38,690 bases of DNA from positions 1 to 38,690 of the IMG/VR virus record IMGVR_UViG_3300012231_000025. One strand, given 5' to 3'. This document shows positions 24,956-32,891 of this stretch, piece after piece; position 1 is the stretch's first letter; every line of letters starts with the position of its first letter. This DNA comes from a virus (taxonomy: Duplodnaviria > Caudoviricetes). A model generated the notes under the pieces. That model was not told where the DNA came from, searched no databases, and saw nothing but the letters and a program-made list of their open reading frames with translations. The translations under genes were made by a program, and so were the position numbers.

Positions 24956-25762
24956 CTAACCCGGGCTCGCCGGTTGCCCCCACCAGTAGCGTCTCGTCCA
25001 CACGGTCGCAAATACCTTCCCCGCCGTGTACGCCGCGGCCAGGTCCAATCCCAGGTCGAAACCGCTCGCGGTGTCCAGGTAGGGCAACCACCGGCAGTGA
25101 CGAACGACGGTTTTCGTGTCCGTGGGCAATGTGATCGTGGTGTACGCCTCGGTCGATCGCAGAGCCACGTTGGCATCAGGACACGTGTACAGGGCCGCCG
25201 CCAAGGTTCCCGGCGCCGTGTTCGGGTACACCAACACGTTGCTGATGTCCCCGCCGAAGGCGGCACTGGGCAGAAGCTCAAATTTACTGCCCGCGCCGCT
25301 GATAATCGCCTCCGTGAAGGTCCCGTTGGCCGACCTCGCCGTTCCCGCCGTATCGCCCACCGTCGGGGTGATGGTCCCCGCACCCGTGTAATTGGTGATG
25401 GTGAAGGTGACGTTGTAGGTGATCGTCGGGGTCACGATTACCCCGCCCGCGGTAGCCAACGACAGGACATCGCCGGGCGTAAGCCGCGCCGTGCCATTGC
25501 CGGTGAGTTTCCATAAAGCCGTGAGCACCCACGGTTGCGGAGTCGGCTGGGGAACAAGAAACGTCCCATTCCCCACGGCGTTGCGGTCGATGAGCAGGCG
25601 CAACTCCGTGCCGAACGTCGGTTGACGAAGGTTCCCGACCCCGGAACGATTCAGAAGGACTGGGATCGGCCCCGGGGCCGCTAAAAACTGCTCGGTGTCG
25701 GAAAGCAGAAGACGGTCGTGGTTTTTGACCCACTGTTCGGCCTTGTGCGGGGCGACGTTCAT
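24956..25762 (-). CDS. Thr/Gly-rich beta-sandwich protein (268 aa), possible virion accessory with a CBM-like insert
   Basis: VGNGTF...W...W...TYNVTFTITNY...GTFTEAI...ISNV pattern of galactose-binding-like folds; ATGA overlap with TerL; AAGGAAGGA RBS. Confidence 0.5.
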   Translation of the reverse strand: MNVAPHKAEQWVKNHDRLLLSDTEQFLAAPGPIPVLLNRSGVGNLRQPTFGTELRLLIDRNAVGNGTFLVPQPTPQPWVLTALWKLTGNGTARLTPGDVLSLATAGGVIVTPTITYNVTFTITNYTGAGTITPTVGDTAGTARSANGTFTEAIISGAGSKFELLPSAAFGGDISNVLVYPNTAPGTLAAALYTCPDANVALRSTEAYTTITLPTDTKTVVRHCRWLPYLDTASGFDLGLDLAAAYTAGKVFATVWTRRYWWGQPASPG

Positions 25763-27483
25763 CGTTTTTTCCTTCCTTGGGCGGCGAGCAGACGACGGGC
25801 ATAGTGGGCGAGTGAGCGCTCTTCCAGCCCCGTGGTGAACCGAGACTTCCGTGTCTCGTGCAGAACCTTCATAGCCAACTGCTCCCGGGTGATCGGGATG
25901 CTTTTTTCAAGGTCGATGGAGCCGTCGATCAGCGACGACACCCACCGGATGCCTTCCAACTTCTCGGTCTTGGGCTTGTCTGTCAATAGCTTGCCGGTGG
26001 TTTCTTTGCGCTGGATGATCTTCTGACCCCGGCAGGGGATGTCGTTGTCGCAGTAGGTCTTAATCAGCAACGACCAGCTCCGGTCGGCGACCGTACCCTC
26101 GTAAGCCTCGGAAATCGGACCCCGCCACCAGACCTCGCGGCGGTCCTCCGGGGCTTTTTCCCAGCCGCTCATGCGGTGGATTTGCTCGATTTCGGTCATC
26201 ACGTTCCAGCCTTTTTCCACCGAATCGACGATGTACAGCTCCCGGTAGACGTACACCAGGCCGGTGAGGTTGAAGGTGGTGACCGCGTACCGCACGGCGT
26301 CGGGACAGTGGTCGTCTTGTTTCAATGGCTCGTCGGGCCGGTCCTCGTCCCAGCGGTAGGCGAAAAACTCCCGAATCGTGTTGGGACAGGCCATTGAGAC
26401 CAGGAAGCCGGGCGGACCCGGGACGTGGGCGATCCACAGGCACGCGAAAGCCGACGTGCTCTGGCCCCAGTCAATCGCACGATACCGCTCCGTGTTCCGC
26501 GGGCAGTCAATGTCGCCGACGCAGTGGTCGCGGCGGAACAGGGGATAGATTCGACCGCTCGCATACTCCCATGCCTCCTGCGGCGTGTCGGGGTGTTCCT
26601 GCTTCATGCGCACGGGGGAAATCGCCCCCAGGCGTTCCGACTCCCGCGCATACCAGGCGGCGTCCCGCCCCGGGCGCTTGCTCCAATGGATGAAGACCGG
26701 CTTGAAGCCGTTGGGTCCGGTCCCGTCGGGGCGCAGGGCTTCCCCGAACTCCCCGTAGGAGCCCTGCCAAGATTCGTAGAAATACCCCTGCGGCCCGGCG
26801 CTGCTCGACAACGCCACAATCTGACCCTTGGCCGACTCGACGCCCGGCTGAGTCGCGGCCATCGTGTCGGCCAGCTCCGGGATGCGGCTCGCCTCATCGA
26901 GGATCGCAAGGTCCACGGTCATCGAACGGGACGCCTTCTCACCGCCCACAATGGCGCGGAGCACGATTGCATTGCCGTCCTCCTCGTAGGTCAGCTCCTG
27001 CTTGTTGTCGGTGCTGATGGTTTTCTTAAACCAGATGGGCAGCCGCGCCTGGATGTACTTCACCCGCTTGACGAAGTCCTTCGCGTAGTCCTTCAGTTGG
27101 TTGACCACGATGATGTTGAGCGTGCGGCCGTAAATAATTCGCCACACCACGAACGCGGCCAACAGCCAGGTCAGCCCCAGTTGCCGACCCTTCAGAAGAA
27201 CGAGCCAGGTCCCCGCGACGAGGTCCGGCACCCGCTCGCGTTGCGAGTCCCAGAGGTCCATCTTGACGTCGCGCTTGGTTTCGCGGTCCCAGATCACGAC
27301 CCACTTGTCGGAGAAGCGTTCGAAGCCGGCGGCGCCCTCCCGCGGGTGACAGGCCCAGTATTCGGCTTCCGTTTCGTCGGTCAGCAGGCGCTCTTCGTGC
27401 GCCCGCACCTGCCCGAGAAGGGTTTCCGCGGTGGACCCGATGAGGGTCCGTACCTGGCTAAGCGTCTGGTTGAGGGGGGGCAT
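25759..27483 (-). CDS. terL: Terminase large subunit (574 aa) with rearranged nuclease domain
   Basis: Walker A LKGRQLGLT, Walker B ILDEA, motif C SSA; nuclease motifs IDWG, DDHCPDAVRY, YVYRELY and VAD. Confidence 0.9.
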   Translation of the reverse strand: MPPLNQTLSQVRTLIGSTAETLLGQVRAHEERLLTDETEAEYWACHPREGAAGFERFSDKWVVIWDRETKRDVKMDLWDSQRERVPDLVAGTWLVLLKGRQLGLTWLLAAFVVWRIIYGRTLNIIVVNQLKDYAKDFVKRVKYIQARLPIWFKKTISTDNKQELTYEEDGNAIVLRAIVGGEKASRSMTVDLAILDEASRIPELADTMAATQPGVESAKGQIVALSSSAGPQGYFYESWQGSYGEFGEALRPDGTGPNGFKPVFIHWSKRPGRDAAWYARESERLGAISPVRMKQEHPDTPQEAWEYASGRIYPLFRRDHCVGDIDCPRNTERYRAIDWGQSTSAFACLWIAHVPGPPGFLVSMACPNTIREFFAYRWDEDRPDEPLKQDDHCPDAVRYAVTTFNLTGLVYVYRELYIVDSVEKGWNVMTEIEQIHRMSGWEKAPEDRREVWWRGPISEAYEGTVADRSWSLLIKTYCDNDIPCRGQKIIQRKETTGKLLTDKPKTEKLEGIRWVSSLIDGSIDLEKSIPITREQLAMKVLHETRKSRFTTGLEERSLAHYARRLLAAQGRKKR

Positions 27484-27489
27484 CGGGGC

Positions 27490-27588
27490 TTACACCCTTG
27501 CCCGAAACGTCATGCCCAGGACCGCTGCGGCAGCGAACGCGATCACCACATAGAACACCAGCAAGGCGTACATGATCCAGTTGCTCAC
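27490..27588 (-). CDS. Small single-pass membrane peptide (32 aa)
   Basis: GTG start overlapping the upstream TGA; GGGAGG RBS; MSNWIMYALLVFYVVIAFAAAAVLGMTFRARV. Confidence 0.55.
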   Translation of the reverse strand: MSNWIMYALLVFYVVIAFAAAAVLGMTFRARV

Positions 27589-27800
27589 GGCCCTCCCTTG
27601 TGCCCCTTCAACAGAGGATGATTGCGCCGTCTAGCGTTGGCCGTCGCCCGGTTGTCACGATCGACCTGGAAAGTAATTCTCCGACCGTCCAGACGGAACA
27701 GCAACGTGTGCACCAGGCCGCAGTCACAGCACATGAATTTGAACTTGCGACCACGGACATTGATCCTCTCACCGGTCCCAAAGGTACGGTATCGAGACAC
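27585..27800 (-). CDS. Small Zn-binding phage protein (CCDCGLVH), 71 aa
   Basis: CxxC-xxx-H motif; GGAGGA RBS; tight packing with neighbours. Confidence 0.65.
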   Translation of the reverse strand: MSRYRTFGTGERINVRGRKFKFMCCDCGLVHTLLFRLDGRRITFQVDRDNRATANARRRNHPLLKGHKGGP

Positions 27801-28049
27801 TCAGCGATCCTCCCCCAAGTCGCCCAGGGGAACCTGGTCATAATGGTACTTCAGAAACCAGCCTAATTCCTGGTGCACACCCAGGCACGTCGTCATGTCG
27901 CCCCGCTTGCACATCGCCGTTCCGGGGTCCACGCGGTGCACACCCAAAATCACCGTGCCGTAACGCTTCTCCATCTCGTCGGCGATCTGTTCCAACGTCG
28001 CCAGTTGCAGCTCGACCCGACCGTCGTGTGCAGGCTGTTCCTTGGTCAT
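27801..28049 (-). CDS. Hypothetical protein (82 aa), paralogue of 12942-13235
   Basis: ATGA overlap with the upstream gene; LQLATLEQIADEMEKRYGTVIL motif. Confidence 0.6.
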   Translation of the reverse strand: MTKEQPAHDGRVELQLATLEQIADEMEKRYGTVILGVHRVDPGTAMCKRGDMTTCLGVHQELGWFLKYHYDQVPLGDLGEDR

Positions 28050-28534
28050 GTGGTCGCCGCCGGTTTGTCCGGCATCCCTTCGCGGCTCATGGCAAGGTTG
28101 TCGATGGTGCGACCGCTGACCTTCTCGGCCTTCAGCTCCCCGCGTAGGCGAAGCAAGCGGTTGACGCCGTCGACCGCCATCGCCGACGCTCCCAGCGTGC
28201 TCTCAGCGACGTAGCGGGCCACCCGGTAGCTCTCCGCGCCGTGAACTCCCCGTTGCAGGCGAGTCACGACCTTCGGGTCCGGGTGCCCCGTGTCCAACTG
28301 TTCTTGCAAGATGGCCGCGGTGCATTTGTCGAACATCCCAACGCTTAGCGGATAGACCGGCGTGTGCGGATTATCGCCCACGGCCCGCGACTCCTCGACC
28401 ACCCCGCGGTACAGCTTCGCCAGGTCCATGCCTGGAAACTCGATCAACGCGCGGACGTTTTTCTCGATCTGCTCCGCCCGCGGCGGACGTGCCGGCGGTT
28501 TCCGTGCTCCGCGTTTTTTCCCTTTCCCTCTCAT
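28046..28534 (-). CDS. Basic helical protein (162 aa), candidate terminase small subunit
   Basis: ATGA overlaps at both ends; basic N-terminus; size and position upstream of TerL fit, but no diagnostic motif was recognised. Confidence 0.35.
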   Translation of the reverse strand: MRGKGKKRGARKPPARPPRAEQIEKNVRALIEFPGMDLAKLYRGVVEESRAVGDNPHTPVYPLSVGMFDKCTAAILQEQLDTGHPDPKVVTRLQRGVHGAESYRVARYVAESTLGASAMAVDGVNRLLRLRGELKAEKVSGRTIDNLAMSREGMPDKPAATT

Positions 28535-28863
28535 GGTTGTGGCCACTTCCAGTAGTTCTCAATCCACTGTTCTTCGGTTTCTGACAAATACTCAGCATCC
28601 GGCGGCCCCAACGGACCCTTGCCCCACTTCCGACGATGCGCCTGGTCCTCAATCGCTAACCCTTCAACGACGGCAAGATGCTGCTCCCACCCAGCCTCTA
28701 CCGTTGGGCGCTTGCACATGATTTGTGGCGGCACCACCGCATTATTCTTCATCCAATCATACACCGTGGTCACAAGGCCCCCATCGGTCACCACCGTCAG
28801 CGTACCAACGCAGGTTCGCCACAGTTCGCCGCTCCTCGGCTTTTTCCAACTCGCATCAGGCAT
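28531..28863 (-). CDS. Hypothetical protein (110 aa)
   Basis: Fits operon packing; Trp-rich globular translation. Confidence 0.55.
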   Translation of the reverse strand: MPDASWKKPRSGELWRTCVGTLTVVTDGGLVTTVYDWMKNNAVVPPQIMCKRPTVEAGWEQHLAVVEGLAIEDQAHRRKWGKGPLGPPDAEYLSETEEQWIENYWKWPQP

Positions 28864-28873
28864 CAGCGTACCC

Positions 28874-29101
28874 CTACGGCGTCGACGGACTCTTCAAGTC
28901 GATCACGTCGTATTCCTGCACCATTGTTTGCGGCTCCTTGCACACGGGGCACACGCCGTCCGGGTCGCGCACCAACTGCCGCCAGACTTCTCCCGGAAAC
29001 GCGGTCCTGCACATCGTGCAGCCGATCATGTGAATCAGCTCCCCGGTCTCCACGTCCCGAAGCGGAACCAACGTCGCCTGCTTGAACTGCTTTTTCGCCA
29101 T
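28874..29101 (-). CDS. Zinc-ribbon protein (75 aa), first gene of the packaging/morphogenesis operon
   Basis: CTMC...CPVC; GGAGG RBS before ATG 29101. Confidence 0.7.
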   Translation of the reverse strand: MAKKQFKQATLVPLRDVETGELIHMIGCTMCRTAFPGEVWRQLVRDPDGVCPVCKEPQTMVQEYDVIDLKSPSTP

Positions 29102-29119
29102 GTGGCCTCCATCGCGCAA

Positions 29120-29155
29120 CCCCCACCCCCTACCCCCTCCCCCAGCGCCACCCCC
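29120..29155 (-). other. G-quadruplex-forming sequence (five G5 tracts)
   Basis: Minus strand GGGGG-TGGCGCT-GGGGG-A-GGGGG-TA-GGGGG-T-GGGGG. Confidence 0.6.
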
Positions 29156-29185
29156 AAAAGGGCCGATCGTGCCGGGGGAGTGTAT

Positions 29186-29213
29186 TTGACATTTTCGGTA
29201 GACGCTATATCGT
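29186..29213 (+). promoter_or_regulatory. sigma70-type promoter, probably leaderless, for 29221
   Basis: TTGACA-16-TATCGT, then 7 nt to ATG 29221; no SD. Confidence 0.6.
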
Positions 29214-29220
29214 CGTCGTT

Positions 29221-29685
29221 ATGAGTCGTTATACGCTCAACATGGCCCCGGGGCAACTGCTCCCCAAAAATAAGTACGGCGTCGCCCCCAAGGATCTCCG
29301 CACGTACAACGGCCAGGTGTACGCTTCCAAGGCTGAAGCCAACCGGGCCTTCATCCTGGATCGCCTCTTGCGGGCCATCGGTCCGGGAGCCGTCGAACGC
29401 TGGGAACGCCAGCCGCGGTTTCAACTTGGAACGCCGCTCAACGTCTACGTGGCCGATTTCCTGGTCTACGAAACGGACGGCAGCGTACACGCCGAAGACG
29501 TCAAGGGGTTCCGTACCCCGGCTTTCAACAAGAACGTGCGGCTTTGGAGGGCCTACGGCCCGATGCCGCTTTGGATACTCACGCCATCCGGCGCCGGACG
29601 CTGGAACGTGGAAATCATCGACGGGGCTGAGGCCCCCGGAAAGGATTCTGAACATGGGCATCACCCGACAACCGACCGTCATTGA
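29221..29685 (+). CDS. DUF1064-like PD-(D/E)XK endonuclease (154 aa)
   Basis: NKYG...YASKAEA.R...RQPRFQL...YVADFLV...EDVKG motif series. Confidence 0.8.
   Translation: MSRYTLNMAPGQLLPKNKYGVAPKDLRTYNGQVYASKAEANRAFILDRLLRAIGPGAVERWERQPRFQLGTPLNVYVADFLVYETDGSVHAEDVKGFRTPAFNKNVRLWRAYGPMPLWILTPSGAGRWNVEIIDGAEAPGKDSEHGHHPTTDRH
29228..29256 (-). promoter_or_regulatory. Candidate sigma70-type promoter for the morphogenesis operon
   Basis: TTGCCC-17-TATAAC; the cgTATAACg context is identical to the promoter at 32570-32597. Confidence 0.4.
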
Positions 29686-30112
29686 CCCCAAGCCTCACCC
29701 GTTTTTGACCGAGTTCCTCGACCCCGCCGGGTCGCTAACCGCAGTCTGTCCGCTCTATGTGACCGGCCTCTGTGAGACGGCCAATGGGGTTGCTATCCGC
29801 ACCGCCAGGGGAGCCGTTGCCGACCAGTTCTTCGTCGCCGGTCCCGCCCGCGACGTCGTCAACCGCCTCAAGGCTGCCTGGGATGAGGCCCACGACAGCT
29901 TTCTTGCGTCCTTCCTTCGCGGCGACATGGGTATGTTGGAAGACCACCTAATGAAGCGGCTGCTCGAGCAGTTACCGTCGCTGGGGAAGGTCGAGAACGC
30001 AGTGATTGCCAACGTGGTCCGTTGTGAACTCGAAAAAATGGCCGCGGGCGAACCCGCGACCACAAATGCTCCGCCAAAGGGCAAACGTACACCCTTAGAG
30101 CAGCGCGTTTAA
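29654..30112 (+). CDS. Hypothetical protein (152 aa)
   Basis: Start reassigned to ATG 29654 (AAAGGA RBS); MGITRQPTVIDPKPHPFLTEF... Confidence 0.55.
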   Translation: MGITRQPTVIDPKPHPFLTEFLDPAGSLTAVCPLYVTGLCETANGVAIRTARGAVADQFFVAGPARDVVNRLKAAWDEAHDSFLASFLRGDMGMLEDHLMKRLLEQLPSLGKVENAVIANVVRCELEKMAAGEPATTNAPPKGKRTPLEQRV

Positions 30113-30307
30113 CAGCACTACGAGGGCGGCAACGAGGCACAGGCCGACCACTACTCCGCTCGCGTAGGCCCGCTGGTCGACGCCGTCCTTTGTATCGGTC
30201 CATATTTCTACACCGGGCGGTATCCGCCCGTTCTCATCCGGAATTTGTCCCACAAAGCCGGGCGGAGGCGTGATTCTAGCCCAGACCTTCCCGTTACCTT
30301 TGCTCAT
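30095..30307 (-). CDS. Small membrane-anchored protein (70 aa)
   Basis: C-terminal hydrophobic helix; ATGA overlap. Confidence 0.55.
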   Translation of the reverse strand: MSKGNGKVWARITPPPGFVGQIPDENGRIPPGVEIWTDTKDGVDQRAYASGVVVGLCLVAALVVLLNALL

Positions 30308-30603
30308 CGTGCATCCCTCGGTATGTTCCCGTCGAGCACCAGCCCGGCGTCTACGCCCAGTTCTTGCTTCACCAGCACCGCCCGTTGCGGCACCACCACC
30401 ACCACCGCCACCTGCCCCTGATCTCCGATCGGGACCTCGACTTCGTTGAGGGCCAACGTTTCCAAGATCGCCGTCCAGAGTTGATCCATCGCCCCAGGGC
30501 GCATGTACGGCTCAAGGATGAACGGGTCGAGCACGAGCAGGATGTCACTTTCCGTCGTCGCAAACCCCAGGGGCTTCACCCGCCGCAGTTGTTTCATGTC
30601 CAC
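30304..30603 (-). CDS. Hypothetical protein (99 aa)
   Basis: AAGGAG upstream; fits operon packing. Confidence 0.55.
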   Translation of the reverse strand: MDMKQLRRVKPLGFATTESDILLVLDPFILEPYMRPGAMDQLWTAILETLALNEVEVPIGDQGQVAVVVVVPQRAVLVKQELGVDAGLVLDGNIPRDAR

Positions 30604-30685
30604 TGCATTTACTCCTTAACCGCGACGCGGGGCGGGGTGACGTGTGCAGGCACGACTTCCCCCGCTCCCGCGTGAGGATATTGTT

Positions 30686-30907
30686 TTACGGTCCATCGTC
30701 ACAACAGTACGTGTGCTGGAGCTCAAACGGCTCCGCCTGTTCCTGGTCGTCGTGCCGCCCGGCCCAACAGTCCGCACAGTACGTGTACTTCGGCGATCTA
30801 CTCCATCCTATCCGGTCCCCCTTGCGGATGGCGTGCCCGCAAGCTCCCTGCGTGGCGAACTTCGCCTTGATCTCAATACAATCGGAAAAATCGACTTGAA
30901 CGCTCAT
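30686..30907 (-). CDS. Small Zn-finger protein (73 aa)
   Basis: IKAKF..ACGH.IRKGD.I...YCADC pattern; GAGGA RBS; first gene after the promoter at 30973-31001. Confidence 0.65.
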   Translation of the reverse strand: MSVQVDFSDCIEIKAKFATQGACGHAIRKGDRIGWSRSPKYTYCADCWAGRHDDQEQAEPFELQHTYCCDDGP

Positions 30908-30972
30908 CGGTTCCTCACTTTCGTCGCCCGGCGACCCCCGCCGGCGGGGTGGAACTCACGCCCCACGATGGA

Positions 30973-31001
30973 AGTATACCACATATCGGCGCAATATACA
31001 A
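30973..31001 (-). promoter_or_regulatory. sigma70-type promoter with extended -10 and AT-rich upstream element
   Basis: TTGTAT-17-TATACT with TG at the extended position; lies downstream of the terminator at 31097-31130. Confidence 0.7.
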
Positions 31002-31096
31002 GAATATTCCTAACAAAATACTAACTGCTAAGCTGGGGGCTATAGACCGTAGGCTGTAGGTGTTCTAAGTCGTGCAATTACAATGAGTTGCGCATG

Positions 31097-31130
31097 AAAA
31101 AGCCGTCCGGGGCGGAAGTCCCGGACGGCT
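31097..31130 (-). terminator. Rho-independent terminator
   Basis: AGCCGUCCGGG-loop-CCCGGACGGCU followed by UUUU, downstream of the 31170 stop. Confidence 0.75.
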
Positions 31131-31169
31131 CGGCGTATCCCAGGGCGTGCAATCCCCAAGACGTGAAGT

Positions 31170-31958
31170 TTACGGCTCGCCGCAGACGACCAGGGCCTCG
31201 GGCAAACCCATCGCGATCGTGTCGGCAATGTTTTCCTGGGTCATGATCCGGGCCTTGTTCAATTGCCCGGCCAGCGGGATCAACGTGAACTTGCCCTTGT
31301 CAAAGTCGATCGCCACGGCGCAGCTCACCGGCCATTGGAGCGAATCGCCCCACAGCTCCTCGTAGACCGCGACCTTCACCACGATCTCGTCGGGGATTTC
31401 CTTGCCGTTGCCCACGATCTCTCGCAGGACGCTGCGGCTCACTTGTTGGCGGCCGGTTTCGTAGGTCGCATCGCCTGAACTGTTGTTGGTGAACTTCAAC
31501 TGCCGGAAGAGGGACACCACGTCGGGCATCACACAACCGGCCAGGTCGATGCGCAGGAAGTCAATGAAATCATCCTGCGGTTTGGTCATGCCGCCCGTCT
31601 GGCACTTGACTAAGTTCAAATAGGGGTTGGTCATGGTCAGGGGCATCGACACCCGATCGCGGCGGTCACCCTCCTCATCCAAGATCGCGATGATCCCCGT
31701 CTGCCCCACGAAGACCGCCTGTTTCGCTGCGGGCAACCTGATCACCGCGGAGATGAAGTCCTTCACCCGGTAGAGCGTGTAAGCCCGCGGCCCGATGCCG
31801 GCCGTTTTCTTTTCCAGCAACCCCTCAAGGTTCCTTTGGAAATAAACGTAGTCCGGCTCGGTGTCCGCCGGTGGTTTGACAAAATGCTTCTCCAGCGTGG
31901 CCCCCTCACGGACCGCCATCCCCCGAATCGCCTCGATTGCTTCAGCCAACATCAGCAT
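31170..31958 (-). CDS. Phage protein, YfdQ/DUF2303-like (262 aa)
   Basis: Q.DFIDFLRI.L and IPDEIVVKV.VYE motifs; typical partner of the adjacent 112-aa gene; AAAGGAG RBS. Confidence 0.55.
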   Translation of the reverse strand: MLMLAEAIEAIRGMAVREGATLEKHFVKPPADTEPDYVYFQRNLEGLLEKKTAGIGPRAYTLYRVKDFISAVIRLPAAKQAVFVGQTGIIAILDEEGDRRDRVSMPLTMTNPYLNLVKCQTGGMTKPQDDFIDFLRIDLAGCVMPDVVSLFRQLKFTNNSSGDATYETGRQQVSRSVLREIVGNGKEIPDEIVVKVAVYEELWGDSLQWPVSCAVAIDFDKGKFTLIPLAGQLNKARIMTQENIADTIAMGLPEALVVCGEP

Positions 31959-31993
31959 TGCAGGTCTCCTTTTCTGGGTTTCCGTTTCTCGCC

Positions 31994-32332
31994 TTACTTC
32001 TCAATCTCGTCCAGCGTTCCCTGCCGGACGTCCTCAGGACTTTCGTCGTTGAAAATAAGCTTGTCGCCATCCACGCTCATCGAGTAGTCGCGGGTCTTCA
32101 TCTTTGGCGTGCGGCTGTTGGCCTCGATCGAGACCTTCACTTCTTCGAGGATGCCCCGCGGGTCCGCCAATGGCGTAAACGTGAAGGTCATGATCAGCGT
32201 GCGGGCGTTCTTGAGCGTCGGTCGTTCGATGAGGTCGCGCATTACGCGGTCCAGCTCTTGGCGACCCATCACCGCTCCCACCCCGCGGTTGATCTTGAGC
32301 AACGCCACGATGGAGTCCAGTTTTTTTTTCAC
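31994..32332 (-). CDS. Phage protein of the YfdP / so-called 'replication terminator' type (112 aa)
   Basis: INRG...ELDRVMRD..ERP....RTLIMTFTFTP; GTGA overlap with the upstream gene. Confidence 0.55.
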   Translation of the reverse strand: MKKKLDSIVALLKINRGVGAVMGRQELDRVMRDLIERPTLKNARTLIMTFTFTPLADPRGILEEVKVSIEANSRTPKMKTRDYSMSVDGDKLIFNDESPEDVRQGTLDEIEK

Positions 32333-32562
32333 CGCTTGCCTCTCTTTCTGGTCTTTGGTTCCAATGACTCTCTCTCTATCTCCCCGCGAATCTGCCGGAA
32401 GGTCGGCGACTCCCGCGCGAAGACCGCCAGGGCGTTCACCGCGGAGCCGAATCGACGCTTGCCCGCGAACGCGGCGTCGATCACGTCGTCGTATTCGCCG
32501 TCGCGCACGCCCTTGATAAAATTGATGGAGTACTTCGCCTCTCCACCGGGTTTCTTTGCCAT
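32329..32562 (-). CDS. Small basic protein (77 aa), possible DNA-binding regulator
   Basis: First gene after a strong promoter, apparently leaderless; strand-helix-helix-like pattern (inference). Confidence 0.55.
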   Translation of the reverse strand: MAKKPGGEAKYSINFIKGVRDGEYDDVIDAAFAGKRRFGSAVNALAVFARESPTFRQIRGEIERESLEPKTRKRGKR

Positions 32563-32569
32563 AGGCGGC

Positions 32570-32597
32570 GTTATACGTCCTATCAAACCCTTGTCAA
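32570..32597 (-). promoter_or_regulatory. sigma70-type promoter giving a leaderless mRNA
   Basis: TTGACA-16-TATAAC, then 7 nt to ATG 32562; no SD. Confidence 0.65.
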
Positions 32598-32839
32598 GAG
32601 GGCGGGACACATTTTTTGAGGAGTTGGAGCAGGACCATATCAGACATCTCGCCCATGCCGGTGCGGACGGCCTCAATCGAAGCGCCGAAGGCCTTGAGTT
32701 CGCCGAACACCGGCTGGTGCCCGCCCGGCAGGATGATGTTGCCCACCTTGTAGCCGATCACGTAGGCGGTCACGTGCTGAAGGACTTCCTTCTGCATGTT
32801 CAGCTCGCTGGGCAGGTCGGCTTCGATGGTGATTCGCAT
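32594..32839 (-). CDS. Hypothetical protein (81 aa)
   Basis: Start reassigned to MRITIEAD (AAAGGAG RBS). Confidence 0.6.
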   Translation of the reverse strand: MRITIEADLPSELNMQKEVLQHVTAYVIGYKVGNIILPGGHQPVFGELKAFGASIEAVRTGMGEMSDMVLLQLLKKCVPPS

Positions 32840-32891
32840 GGGTTTTCGTTCTCCTTTCGCCCCAAGGCTCACGGGCCTTGGTGCTGCCGCC

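Noticed and set aside
1165-27621. Many long plus-strand ORFs (for example 1165-2268, 6217-7686, 15694-17010, 26425-27621)
   Set aside because: Antisense to well-supported genes in high-GC DNA; no motifs or RBSs recognised.
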